NCBI GenBank assembly: GCA_022703405.1
Contig: JAKLDT010000001.1
Span: 1,523 to 65,522 of the forward strand
DNA from: Bacteroidota bacterium
Lineage (GTDB): Bacteria > Bacteroidota > Bacteroidia > Bacteroidales > VadinHA17
DNA length: 64,000 bases
Reading direction: 5' to 3'
Shown here: piece after piece, positions 55,149-64,000 of the stretch
Position numbering within the stretch: the stretch's first letter is position 1
Layout: every line of letters begins with the position of its first letter
Program-made: the position numbers and the translations under genes
Notes under the pieces: model-generated
What the model saw: only the letters and a program-made list of their open reading frames with translations
Database searches by the model: none
What the model was told of the DNA's origin: nothing

Positions 55149-57521
55149 ATGTTAAAAAACCTTTTAAAAACCGCATTCAGACATATCCTGAAACATTATG
55201 GCTATAGCATCCTGAACATACTCGGACTTACAATAGGCATTACCAGTGCCCTGTTCCTTATTATATATGTTTCAGATGAAGTAAGCTATGATCGTTACAA
55301 CAAAAATGCAGACCGCATTTACCGTGTATCATCTAAGATAACCGAGCCTGATGATCAGTTTACATGGATAGTTGCTCAGATTCCTTTCGGGCCACAGGTA
55401 GCTAAAGATTATCCCGAAATACAGTCTTTTGTCAGGTTTATACCAATGAACAGGACACTTGTCAAATATGAAGACAAGGAGTTCAACGAGGAAGATTTTT
55501 ACTATGTTGATTCAACCCTCTTCGATATTTTCACATATAAGGTAAAAAAGGGAGAAGTTAAAACAGCATTGGTCGACCCGAAAAAAATAATTATAACTGA
55601 AAAAATTGCAGCAAGGTATTTTGGGAATGCAGATCCTATAGGTAAGACACTCACAGCAGGAACAAATACATTTGAAGTAACCAGTGTCATTGAGGATGTT
55701 CCGGAAAACTCACATTTCAGCTTTGATGCTGTTGCGGCAAGGAATAACCTTCCAAAACAGTTAGGATCCTGGGGTAATTTTGGGGTCTTTACCTATCTTC
55801 TTTTTCCTGAAAATTTTGATATAAAACCATTCGAAACAAAAATTCAGGCGATGTATGACGCCTATATGAAAACAATTTTTGAATCGATGAAGATCAGGAT
55901 AGAATATGAACTTGTGCCACTAACAAAGATTCATCTGTATTCCACAAACGCAGGAGAACCAAAACCAACGGGGAGTATAACTTACGTTTATATCTTTTCA
56001 ATTGTTGCACTTTTCCTGGTGCTGATTGCAGCAATGAACTACATGAACCTGGCAACGGCAAGGTCAACACAAAGAGCAAGGGAAGTGGGTTTAAGAAAGG
56101 TTGTAGGTTCCCGCAGAGGGCCTCTGATTCTCCAGTTCATCTCTGAATCAGTAGCATTTACTCTTATTGCTCTGATCATAAGTATTATAATCCTTATCAT
56201 ACTTATTCCCAGCTTCAATACGCTTGCAGGTAAAGCATTTGACCTGCATATCATACATAGCCCGGTTGTGTTGCTCACACTCCTTGCAGTTGTACTTGTT
56301 GTCGGTATTTTTGGTGGCAGTTATCCGGCATTTTTCCTTTCAAGGTTCAGCCCTGTGGTAGTTCTTAAAGGAGAAATAACCCAGGGATCGGCTGGCAGTA
56401 TTTTCCGTAAAATACTGGTTGTGATACAATTTGCAGTCTCAGTAATAATGATCATCTGTACTCTTGTAGTTTTCAAACAGATTAATTTCCTGAAAAACAA
56501 GGACCAGGGCTTTGATCAGACGAATGTCATAAGCCTTCAGCTGAACGACAGAAATACTATCAGAAAATATCCACTCCTGAAGGAGAGTCTTCTTGAAAAT
56601 CAGAATATCAAATATGTAACTTCAACAAATAGTCCGATAGGTGAAGGGTCCGGAAAGGTAATATTTAATGTGGAAACCGATCAGGGAATGACTCAGAAGG
56701 GGGTAAATTTCGTTGTCGCAGATCATGACTTTATAGATGCTCTCGGAATAAAAATGGCTCAGGGACGTGAATTTCAGCTGGACATGCCATCTGATACTCT
56801 TACTGGTGTTGTGGTTAATGAGACTTTTGTAAATCGCATGGGGTGGAAAGATCCCATAGGCAAGAAAGTAGAATTAGGAGATGCCAATACTATACGTGCA
56901 AGGGTAATTGGCGTAATGAAAGATTATCATCAGACAGGAATGTACAATGGTATTGAATCACTGCTTCTTGTTTACAGGCCTCTCAATAATATAATCTATA
57001 TTAAACTAAGCGGCAATGAGATACAGCCCACAATTACATATATTGAGAACAAATGGAAAGAAATCTTTCCCGATCAGCCGTTTGCTTATACATTCCTGTC
57101 GGAAAGGTTCAACCGGCAATTTGAAGCCGATGAAAAAAGAGGTCTGATATTTACATTGTTCACAATCCTGGCAATATTTATTGCCAGCCTTGGTCTCTTT
57201 GGACTTGCATCGTATACGGTTGAACAGAGAACAAAAGAGATCGGGATCAGAAAAGTATTTGGTGCCAATGAGGCCATTATACTCAGATTAATTGCCAGGG
57301 ATTTTCTGATACTGGTTTCAATAGGCATTGCAATAGCTATGCCCCTTGCATATTATTTCATGAACAACTGGCTCCAGAACTACGTCTACAGGACAAGCGT
57401 CGGTATTCCTTTGCTCCTGACGGCAGCAGCAATTACCATTGCAATAACCTTTATCACAATAGCTTATAAGGCATACCAGGCAGCTGTACTGAATCCGGCA
57501 GAATCAATAAAAACAGAATAG
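55149..57521 (+). CDS. ABC-transporter permease, FtsX/MacB family (two FtsX modules)
   Basis: 790 aa. N-terminal transmembrane helix, large periplasmic MacB-like domain, and two 4-TM-type FtsX blocks (e.g. EIGIRKVFGA). Confidence 0.85.
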   Translation: MLKNLLKTAFRHILKHYGYSILNILGLTIGITSALFLIIYVSDEVSYDRYNKNADRIYRVSSKITEPDDQFTWIVAQIPFGPQVAKDYPEIQSFVRFIPMNRTLVKYEDKEFNEEDFYYVDSTLFDIFTYKVKKGEVKTALVDPKKIIITEKIAARYFGNADPIGKTLTAGTNTFEVTSVIEDVPENSHFSFDAVAARNNLPKQLGSWGNFGVFTYLLFPENFDIKPFETKIQAMYDAYMKTIFESMKIRIEYELVPLTKIHLYSTNAGEPKPTGSITYVYIFSIVALFLVLIAAMNYMNLATARSTQRAREVGLRKVVGSRRGPLILQFISESVAFTLIALIISIIILIILIPSFNTLAGKAFDLHIIHSPVVLLTLLAVVLVVGIFGGSYPAFFLSRFSPVVVLKGEITQGSAGSIFRKILVVIQFAVSVIMIICTLVVFKQINFLKNKDQGFDQTNVISLQLNDRNTIRKYPLLKESLLENQNIKYVTSTNSPIGEGSGKVIFNVETDQGMTQKGVNFVVADHDFIDALGIKMAQGREFQLDMPSDTLTGVVVNETFVNRMGWKDPIGKKVELGDANTIRARVIGVMKDYHQTGMYNGIESLLLVYRPLNNIIYIKLSGNEIQPTITYIENKWKEIFPDQPFAYTFLSERFNRQFEADEKRGLIFTLFTILAIFIASLGLFGLASYTVEQRTKEIGIRKVFGANEAIILRLIARDFLILVSIGIAIAMPLAYYFMNNWLQNYVYRTSVGIPLLLTAAAITIAITFITIAYKAYQAAVLNPAESIKTE

Positions 57522-57636
57522 ACACCCGACCTTCCGGTATCCTGTACTTATATTATTACCTGTAATCGGCTGCAATAAGGCTCCCTTGTTCAAAAGTTTC
57601 TTACTTTTACGGGGTTCCCGAAAAATTATTTATACA

Positions 57637-59697
57637 ATGAAGAAGATATATTTCCTGCTTGCAGCTCTCCTTATAATTTCTGTTTCCAGTTGCTCAAAGC
57701 ATAAGGGCAATGTTAACTACAGGAACAATCCTGAACCATTGAAAACAAATGCATATATAAAGCTGCCTCTTGGAGCTGTTAAGCCCGCGGGATGGCTTAA
57801 ATCGCAACTTGAAGTTCAGGCAGAGGGACTTACAGGCCACCTGGATGAATTCTGGCCCGATCTTGTAAATTCTTCATGGCTCGGCGGAGAAGGTGAAGGC
57901 TGGGAAAGAGGTCCATATTACCTCGACGGTCTTGTGCCACTCGCATATATCCTTGATGATAAAAGGTTGATAGAAAAAGTACAGAAATGGATTAAACCCA
58001 TGATTGAAAGTGCCAGAGATTCAGGATGGTACGGACCCGCCAGGAACAAGGACCGCTGGCCTCTTGCCGTTTCAAACAAGGTACTTATGCAATATTTTGA
58101 GGCAACAGGAGACAGTTCTGCATTGAACGTCCTGCTTGGATATTTCAGGTATCTTCATACCGCACCGCCCGACTGGCCTGCTATCGACTGGAGGGGAGTA
58201 AGGGCAATGGAAAATGCAGTTACCGGTTACTGGTTATACAGGCAGACCGGGGAAGAATGGATAATTGAGACTATAAAAACAATTCAGGAAACAAGCGCTG
58301 ACTGGACAAGCTATTATGAGAAGTACCCGTGGGATTCAACCGCTGCGGCAAACAAAACAATTCCTCATAACGGCACTGCAGAAGACAAAACAGCCCATGG
58401 TGTAAATAATGCTATGGCTATCAAGTATCCGGGACTCTGGTATCAGCAGTCGGGTGACGACAGGTACAAAAATGCAGTATACGAAGGAATAAGGAAATAT
58501 GATCTTAACCATGGTCAGGCCGGTGGCAGGTTCTCATGCGACGAACACCTTTCAGGAAAAGGCCCCAACCAGGGGACAGAGTTGTGCACAGTTGTTGAAT
58601 ATATGTTCTCCCTTGAAAAACTCTTTGAAATTTTCGGGGACAGCAGGTTTTCAGACAGGCTTGAACTGCTGACTTACAATTCATTGCCAGGAACCACAAC
58701 TCCCGATTTCTGGGCACATCAGTATGATCAGCAGGCTAACCAGGTACTTGTATCTGCAGCAAAAAGAGACTGGAGCTCAAATGGCGACTATTCCAATATT
58801 TACGGACTGATGCCTAACTTCGGATGCTGCCTCGCCAATATGCACCAGGGCTGGCCGAAGTTCGTTGAAAGCTTATGGATGGCAACAAATGACAACGGTC
58901 TTGTTGCAGTAGCCTACGGGCCTTCTGTAGTTAAGGCTAAAGTTGCTGATGGTGCGGATATAACAATATCTGAAGAAACTGATTATCCTTTCAACGGGCT
59001 TATTACCTTCACAATAGATACTGACAAACCTGTAAGGTTCCCCATCGAACTGAGGATACCGGCATGGGCTGATTCTGTAACTGTTGAATACAGGGGAAAA
59101 TCATTTGTCCGCAAGGGAGAGGACCTGATCAGACTGAATGAGAAATGGAAAGATGGTGAAAGGATTACACTTCAGGTTCCCATGAATATCAGATATGAGA
59201 GACGTTACAATAATTCAGCCTCCCTGATGCGCGGACCACTTTATTTTTCCCTTAGAATTGCCAAAGAATACAAAAGTGTAAAGATCAATTACGACAATTA
59301 TGGTTACAAGGGCAGCACCGACTGGGAGATTACACCGAAAAGTCCCTGGAATTATGGTCTGCTCCTTGACGAGAGAAATCCACTTAGAGGTATAAACATA
59401 ACTGAGAATCCTTTAGGCAGACTGGCCTTTGCAGACAAAGATGATATGGTATGGTCGGAGGATTCTTCGAAATATGTTCTGTACCAGAATGATGCACCTG
59501 TTGTAATCAAGACCAGGGGAATCAGAATCCCGGAATGGACAATGAAAAACAATTCAGCCGACGTTCCTCCGGTGAGTCCTGTTGCACCACAGGGCGACCC
59601 CGAGGTAATAGAGCTTGTACCTTACGGTTGCACAAGACTGAGGATAACAGAATTCCCGGTTATGGATGTTACTCTTATGGAGGAGGTTATAAAATAA
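57637..59697 (+). CDS. GH127/GH146-like beta-L-arabinofuranosidase-family protein (DUF1680), lipoprotein
   Basis: GTELCTV (E-x-C) and NFGCCLANMHQGW (CC) match the Glu/Cys3 zinc and nucleophile constellation described for GH127. Lipoprotein signal (ISVSSCSK). The start is taken at MKKIYFLL. Confidence 0.7.
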   Translation: MKKIYFLLAALLIISVSSCSKHKGNVNYRNNPEPLKTNAYIKLPLGAVKPAGWLKSQLEVQAEGLTGHLDEFWPDLVNSSWLGGEGEGWERGPYYLDGLVPLAYILDDKRLIEKVQKWIKPMIESARDSGWYGPARNKDRWPLAVSNKVLMQYFEATGDSSALNVLLGYFRYLHTAPPDWPAIDWRGVRAMENAVTGYWLYRQTGEEWIIETIKTIQETSADWTSYYEKYPWDSTAAANKTIPHNGTAEDKTAHGVNNAMAIKYPGLWYQQSGDDRYKNAVYEGIRKYDLNHGQAGGRFSCDEHLSGKGPNQGTELCTVVEYMFSLEKLFEIFGDSRFSDRLELLTYNSLPGTTTPDFWAHQYDQQANQVLVSAAKRDWSSNGDYSNIYGLMPNFGCCLANMHQGWPKFVESLWMATNDNGLVAVAYGPSVVKAKVADGADITISEETDYPFNGLITFTIDTDKPVRFPIELRIPAWADSVTVEYRGKSFVRKGEDLIRLNEKWKDGERITLQVPMNIRYERRYNNSASLMRGPLYFSLRIAKEYKSVKINYDNYGYKGSTDWEITPKSPWNYGLLLDERNPLRGINITENPLGRLAFADKDDMVWSEDSSKYVLYQNDAPVVIKTRGIRIPEWTMKNNSADVPPVSPVAPQGDPEVIELVPYGCTRLRITEFPVMDVTLMEEVIK

Positions 59698-59701
59698 GAA
59701 C

Positions 59702-61492
59702 CTAAATTGGTTCACATTTTTCCTGGAGCCAAAGTCTTTCCTCATGCTCAAGGAAAAAACTTAGCTTGCTGTAAACTTCTGAATGATAATCATCAAGCCA
59801 CTTTATTTCATTTTCATGGAGAAGAGACTTATCTATAAGTTTTTTCTCGATATGGCACAATGACAAGGTTTCAAATCTGAGAAACCTTCCTGATTCGCTC
59901 TCCTCATCTTCATACGAAAGGACCATGTTTTCAGTCCTGATTCCGTATTCCCCTTCATGGTATACAGCAGGTTCATTTGAAAAAAGCATTCCCGGTTCAA
60001 TGCCATTGGCCGAATCGGGATTTGATCCGGCACTTATACTGACTGGTCCTTCATGAACATTCAGACAATAACCTATACCATGTCCTGTCCCATGACCATA
60101 ATTCAATCCCTCCTTCCAGAGCGGCTGACGGGCAAGTATGTCAAGCTGTATTCCTCTTGTAAAAACAGGGAATTTCGCTGTTGACAATGCAATCATACCT
60201 TTAAGCACAAGAGTGAAATCCTTCTTTTGTTTTTCCGATGGTCTCCCAACAGCTATCGTCCTTGTTATATCAGTGGTACCGTCTTTATACTGTCCTCCGG
60301 AATCGATAAGGATGATTCCATTTCCCTTTATTTCATAATCAGTTCCGGCAGAAGGAACATAATGAGGAAGCGCTGAATGATCATTAAATGCTGCTATTGT
60401 GGCAAAGCTTGGTCCAAGATAGTTCTCAGCCTGTGACCTGAATTCACCTAATTTACCTGCAAGCGACATTTCAGTCATTTTAATACCGGTACTGCTTTCA
60501 AACCAATGCAGGAATCTGACTAGAGCAGTTCCGTCCCTTAGCATCGCCCGTTCAATTCCTTCTATTTCTGTTCTGTTCTTAACTGCCTTCAATCTGGCAG
60601 GAAATGACAGACCTTCCTTAATTTTTACACGTCTTGCTATTGATTTATAAACAGATACTGATGTCAGAAGCGGATTCAGCAACAAAACAGAATCAGGAGA
60701 CAGGTCAGAAAGCACTTCAGCTGTTCCTTCATAAGGAAGGATTACAACATCAGATTTGTCAAATGCAGCAGCAAGCTTAAAAGGTATCTTTCTTTCATCG
60801 ATAAAAAGAATAAGCTGGTCCTCACCCACCAGGGCAAATGATAAAAGGACCGGAGAAAATTCAATATCTCCTCCCCGTATATTGAGCAGCCACATGATCT
60901 CATCAGGAGAGGTAAGGAGATTATAATTAATTCCTGACCTTTTCATCATATCCCGTACCCTGGCTATCTTCTCCTCACGTGATATCCCGCAAAAGCGCAA
61001 CTCATGTTCAAAAGCCTCTGAAAATGGCAAATCAGGCCTGTTATCCCATACAGGTGAAACAAGATCTTTTCTTAGATTTGTCCTTATCCCTTTTCCTTTC
61101 AGAATTTTTTCAAGCTTTCTGTATTTTGCGAGTGGATAGATCCTGCCATCCAGGACTGCCATCTCTCCCTGTTTACAGTTTTCTCCTATCCAGTCAGTAT
61201 AATCACCTGCACTTTTACCCTGATTCATGAGGCACACCCCGCTCCCCCTGAGCTCAACCTCTGCCTGCAGATGGTATCTCGAGTCGGTCCATAAACCGGC
61301 AAACTTTGCTGTCACCACAACTGTTGCCGCGGATCCTGTAAAGCCAGTAAGCCAGCGTATTATTTTCCAGTGCTCTGGTATGTATTCGCTGAGGTGAGGA
61401 TCTGTATTCGGAATAATGAAGATATCCGTCTTTTGCTTACTCATCTGATCACGGAGCAGGTCAAGACGCTTCTGATATACTGACATAAACAT
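59702..61492 (-). CDS. pepP: Xaa-Pro aminopeptidase (M24B, aminopeptidase P family)
   Basis: HGTGHGIG and the pita-bread metal-ligand segments (DSGGQY, EPG), with creatinase-like N-terminal domains. Confidence 0.85.
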   Translation of the reverse strand: MFMSVYQKRLDLLRDQMSKQKTDIFIIPNTDPHLSEYIPEHWKIIRWLTGFTGSAATVVVTAKFAGLWTDSRYHLQAEVELRGSGVCLMNQGKSAGDYTDWIGENCKQGEMAVLDGRIYPLAKYRKLEKILKGKGIRTNLRKDLVSPVWDNRPDLPFSEAFEHELRFCGISREEKIARVRDMMKRSGINYNLLTSPDEIMWLLNIRGGDIEFSPVLLSFALVGEDQLILFIDERKIPFKLAAAFDKSDVVILPYEGTAEVLSDLSPDSVLLLNPLLTSVSVYKSIARRVKIKEGLSFPARLKAVKNRTEIEGIERAMLRDGTALVRFLHWFESSTGIKMTEMSLAGKLGEFRSQAENYLGPSFATIAAFNDHSALPHYVPSAGTDYEIKGNGIILIDSGGQYKDGTTDITRTIAVGRPSEKQKKDFTLVLKGMIALSTAKFPVFTRGIQLDILARQPLWKEGLNYGHGTGHGIGYCLNVHEGPVSISAGSNPDSANGIEPGMLFSNEPAVYHEGEYGIRTENMVLSYEDEESESGRFLRFETLSLCHIEKKLIDKSLLHENEIKWLDDYHSEVYSKLSFFLEHEERLWLQEKCEPI

Positions 61493-61496
61493 TTAA

Positions 61497-62933
61497 TTAC
61501 AAGCTCTTTACCTCTTTAACGAGGTTTTGAAGGGTATTTTTTGCATCACCAAACAGCATCCTTGTTTTATCGTTGAAAAACAGGAGGTTTTCAATCGCTG
61601 CATATCCTTTTCCCATGCCGCGTTTCATAACAATAATATTTTTTGCATCCCTTGCCTTGATTATTGGCATCCCGTAAATAGGACTTGAAGGATCGTCTTC
61701 GGCAGCAGGGTTTACCACGTCATTTGCGCCTATTACAACCAGAACATCAGTACCGGGAAGATCAGGATTAATCTCATCGCTTTCTATCAGCTTTTCATAG
61801 GGCACATCTGCTTCAGCAAGCAGAACATTCATGTGCCCGGGCATCCTTCCGGCTACGGGATGGATAGCGTATTTCACCTCAACACCCTTTTCCTCAAGCA
61901 GTTCATCAAGCTCGTGGCATATATGCTGTGCCTGAGCAACAGCAAGACCGTATCCTGGCACAATGACAACCTTTTTTGAATAACTAAGAAGCACTGCGGA
62001 ATCACTTAATGAGATCTCCTTTATCGATCCGCCTGCAGCAATGTTTGATTCGCCTCCTCCTCCAAATACGCCGACAATTACATTCAGCAATGACCTGTTC
62101 ATAGCCTTGCACATCAGGACAGTAAGGATAGTACCGGCAGATCCTACAAGGATACCGCCAGTGAGCATGGCCTGGTTATTATACAGAAAGCCTCCCATTG
62201 CTGCAGCCACACCTGTAAAAGAATTGAGAAGCGATATAACAACCGGCATGTCCGCTCCCCCGATAGGCATCACGAACAGCACACCGTAAACTATTGCAAT
62301 TGAGAATATTATGTAAATAAAATGTGTCAATTCCTTTGTCGACTGAACATCCCGGGTCATAACAAAAGCTATCAGACCAATAAGTGTCGCCAGAATGGCA
62401 AGGTTGACCCATTTCATCGATTTTATTCTCAGGTCCCCTATCCACCCGTCAAGCTTACCGTAGGCTATCATACTGCCTGCCCAGGATACTGTACCTATCA
62501 ACAAACCAAGAAGGATTGCAAGCACTTCTCCGTTGGCCATTCCGGATTTTTCTATTAGTTCAGGATCAACATGAGGGAACTCCATCATTGAAATCAGAGC
62601 TGCAGCCGCACCACCCATTCCATTAAAGAAAGAAACAAGCTGCGGCATGGCTGTCATTTTTACCTTCTTTGCAATTACCCAGCCAATAATAGTACCGACT
62701 GCAATAGCAGCAAGTATGAGAGGTATGTTCTTTATCGGTTCCCCGTCTTTTCTGTGGAAAATAATTGTTGCTATTATCGCAAGACCCATCCCGAACGCTG
62801 CAAGTATATTGCCACGTCTCGCAGAAAGCGGATGACTTAACATCTTCAGTCCTAAAATAAAAAACACTGAAGCGATCACGTATGTGACTTCAAGTATTGT
62901 GATTCCCGCTGTAAACTGTGTCAGATTGTTCAT
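61497..62933 (-). CDS. pntB: NAD(P) transhydrogenase beta subunit
   Basis: Multi-TM N-terminal half and C-terminal NADP(H) domain (VIVPGYGLAVAQAQH, GANDVVNPAA). Confidence 0.9.
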   Translation of the reverse strand: MNNLTQFTAGITILEVTYVIASVFFILGLKMLSHPLSARRGNILAAFGMGLAIIATIIFHRKDGEPIKNIPLILAAIAVGTIIGWVIAKKVKMTAMPQLVSFFNGMGGAAAALISMMEFPHVDPELIEKSGMANGEVLAILLGLLIGTVSWAGSMIAYGKLDGWIGDLRIKSMKWVNLAILATLIGLIAFVMTRDVQSTKELTHFIYIIFSIAIVYGVLFVMPIGGADMPVVISLLNSFTGVAAAMGGFLYNNQAMLTGGILVGSAGTILTVLMCKAMNRSLLNVIVGVFGGGGESNIAAGGSIKEISLSDSAVLLSYSKKVVIVPGYGLAVAQAQHICHELDELLEEKGVEVKYAIHPVAGRMPGHMNVLLAEADVPYEKLIESDEINPDLPGTDVLVVIGANDVVNPAAEDDPSSPIYGMPIIKARDAKNIIVMKRGMGKGYAAIENLLFFNDKTRMLFGDAKNTLQNLVKEVKSL

Positions 62934-62965
62934 TCTGCCTTATTTATTTGAGACTCCTTATTCTT

Positions 62966-63268
62966 TCACTTTTTCTTTTTGAACATCTCGAGCATCCTGT
63001 CGGTCACAACAAAGCCTCCCACCACGTTGAGGGTTCCAAGGATAACTGCAAGGAAGCCAAGGATCATTGAGACTGTTGTGTCAGCATGACCAAGGACTAT
63101 TATTGCACCGATTATCACAACACCATGGATTGCATTTGCTCCCGACATAAGGGGTGTATGCAGAATTGCAGGCACATTGCTAATCACTTCTATACCAAGG
63201 AATACCGAGAGAATCACAATAAAAATTGCTTCTCTGTGCTGCAGGAAAAAAACCGAAATACTCTCCAT
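62966..63268 (-). CDS. pntA: NAD(P) transhydrogenase alpha subunit, membrane part 2
   Basis: 100-aa, 3-TM protein with the TPLMSGANAIHGVVIIGA motif. Confidence 0.8.
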   Translation of the reverse strand: MESISVFFLQHREAIFIVILSVFLGIEVISNVPAILHTPLMSGANAIHGVVIIGAIIVLGHADTTVSMILGFLAVILGTLNVVGGFVVTDRMLEMFKKKK

Positions 63269-63307
63269 CGTTGTTCTAATTTTATTATTGACACAAAGGC
63301 TCCTTCA

Positions 63308-64000
63308 CTAAAGATTCAATATCTGCTTAATTCTGTCACTTACATATTCTCCTGAATGAACAGCTGTAGTTCCGTTAACAATATCATCTGCCAGGTTGAT
63401 TCTGACAGTTGCATCCTTGTCGGCCATGATCTTAACAAGGTTTATAATATTATTGCCGAACATCTTACTTGAATCGGAGGGCATATCCGACGGAAAATCT
63501 GATTTGCCAATAATTGTTACTCCATTCACGGAAATTGTTTTTCCGTTTTCAGTAAGTTCACAATTTCCTCCGCCTGATGCTGCAAGGTCAACAATTACAG
63601 AGCCCGGTTTCATCTTCATTACAGTATCCTTTATTATCAGGATAGGCGCTTTCTTTCCCGGTATCTGGGCTGTTGAAATGACTACATCCGACAGAATGGC
63701 TCTCTGCTGGATTAGCTCCTGTTGTTTTCTTTTGTACTCCTCACTTTGTTCTACAGCATAACCTCCTGCACCCGAATCTTCAGTCGATCCTTCCACCTCA
63801 ACGAATTTTCCTCCAAGGCTTTTTACTTCTTCCTTTACTGCGGAACGCACATCAAAAACTTCGACAACAGCTCCAAGCTTCCTTGAAACTGCCAGGGCCT
63901 GAAGACCGGCAACCCCTGCCCCGAGAACAAGAACCTTTGCAGGTTTTATAGTTCCAGCAGCAGTCATAAACATTGGAAAGAACTTCGGAAGCCTCGATGC
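63308..64000 (-). CDS. pntA: NAD(P) transhydrogenase alpha subunit part 1 (N-terminus beyond the right window edge)
   Basis: VLVLGAGVAGLQA NAD(H)-binding Rossmann motif. The frame stays open to position 64000. Confidence 0.85.
   Translation of the reverse strand, partial: ASRLPKFFPMFMTAAGTIKPAKVLVLGAGVAGLQALAVSRKLGAVVEVFDVRSAVKEEVKSLGGKFVEVEGSTEDSGAGGYAVEQSEEYKRKQQELIQQRAILSDVVISTAQIPGKKAPILIIKDTVMKMKPGSVIVDLAASGGGNCELTENGKTISVNGVTIIGKSDFPSDMPSDSSKMFGNNIINLVKIMADKDATVRINLADDIVNGTTAVHSGEYVSDRIKQILNL

Overview
The window looks like a Bacteroidota-type chromosome. This is an inference from TAnnTTTG-type -7 promoter boxes, a Bacteroidetes-style tyrosine integrase, and many Tat/Sec-exported sugar-active enzymes. 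It has three parts.

(1) Positions 1 to about 11431 are a visibly AT-rich composite accessory region. It starts with an integrative element whose genes all lie on the minus strand: hsdR (partial), a small W-rich protein, radC, a ~610-nt non-coding structured block, three unknown ORFs, a DUF4373-like protein, an excisionase-type HTH and a tyrosine integrase. This is followed by a 2.2-kb integrase-less module carrying a Fic protein. The module is bracketed by 25-bp direct repeats (24/25 identical) whose GC-rich half looks like a tRNA 3' end.

(2) Positions 11.5 to 52.9 kb and 55.1 to 64 kb are core genome. They hold a cluster of exported glycosidases, oxidoreductases and isomerases with no SusC/D pair, plus LtaS-like, speA, an M14 peptidase, csp, pgl-zwf, gltBD, an orphan histidine kinase, a VWA protein with a divergent ECF sigma/anti-sigma pair, a pentapeptide-repeat protein, an M64 peptidase, an FtsX-type permease, a GH127-like enzyme, pepP and pntAB.

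(3) Positions 52.9 to 55.1 kb are a rearrangement scar. It contains a 76-bp near-identical direct repeat, a decayed permease paralog, tandem small-lipoprotein genes (one inactivated) and a truncated cysteine-peptidase fragment.

I found no CRISPR array, rRNA or intact tRNA. I could not identify a clear multi-gene novel system. The most promising unexplained signals are:
- the structured non-coding block 5' of radC;
- the hairpin-rich junction and phased 18-bp repeat array in front of the Fic gene;
- the tandem-island att architecture;
- a terminator/antiterminator leader directly upstream of gltBD.

All functional calls rest on motifs I read in the supplied translations. No database search was run.
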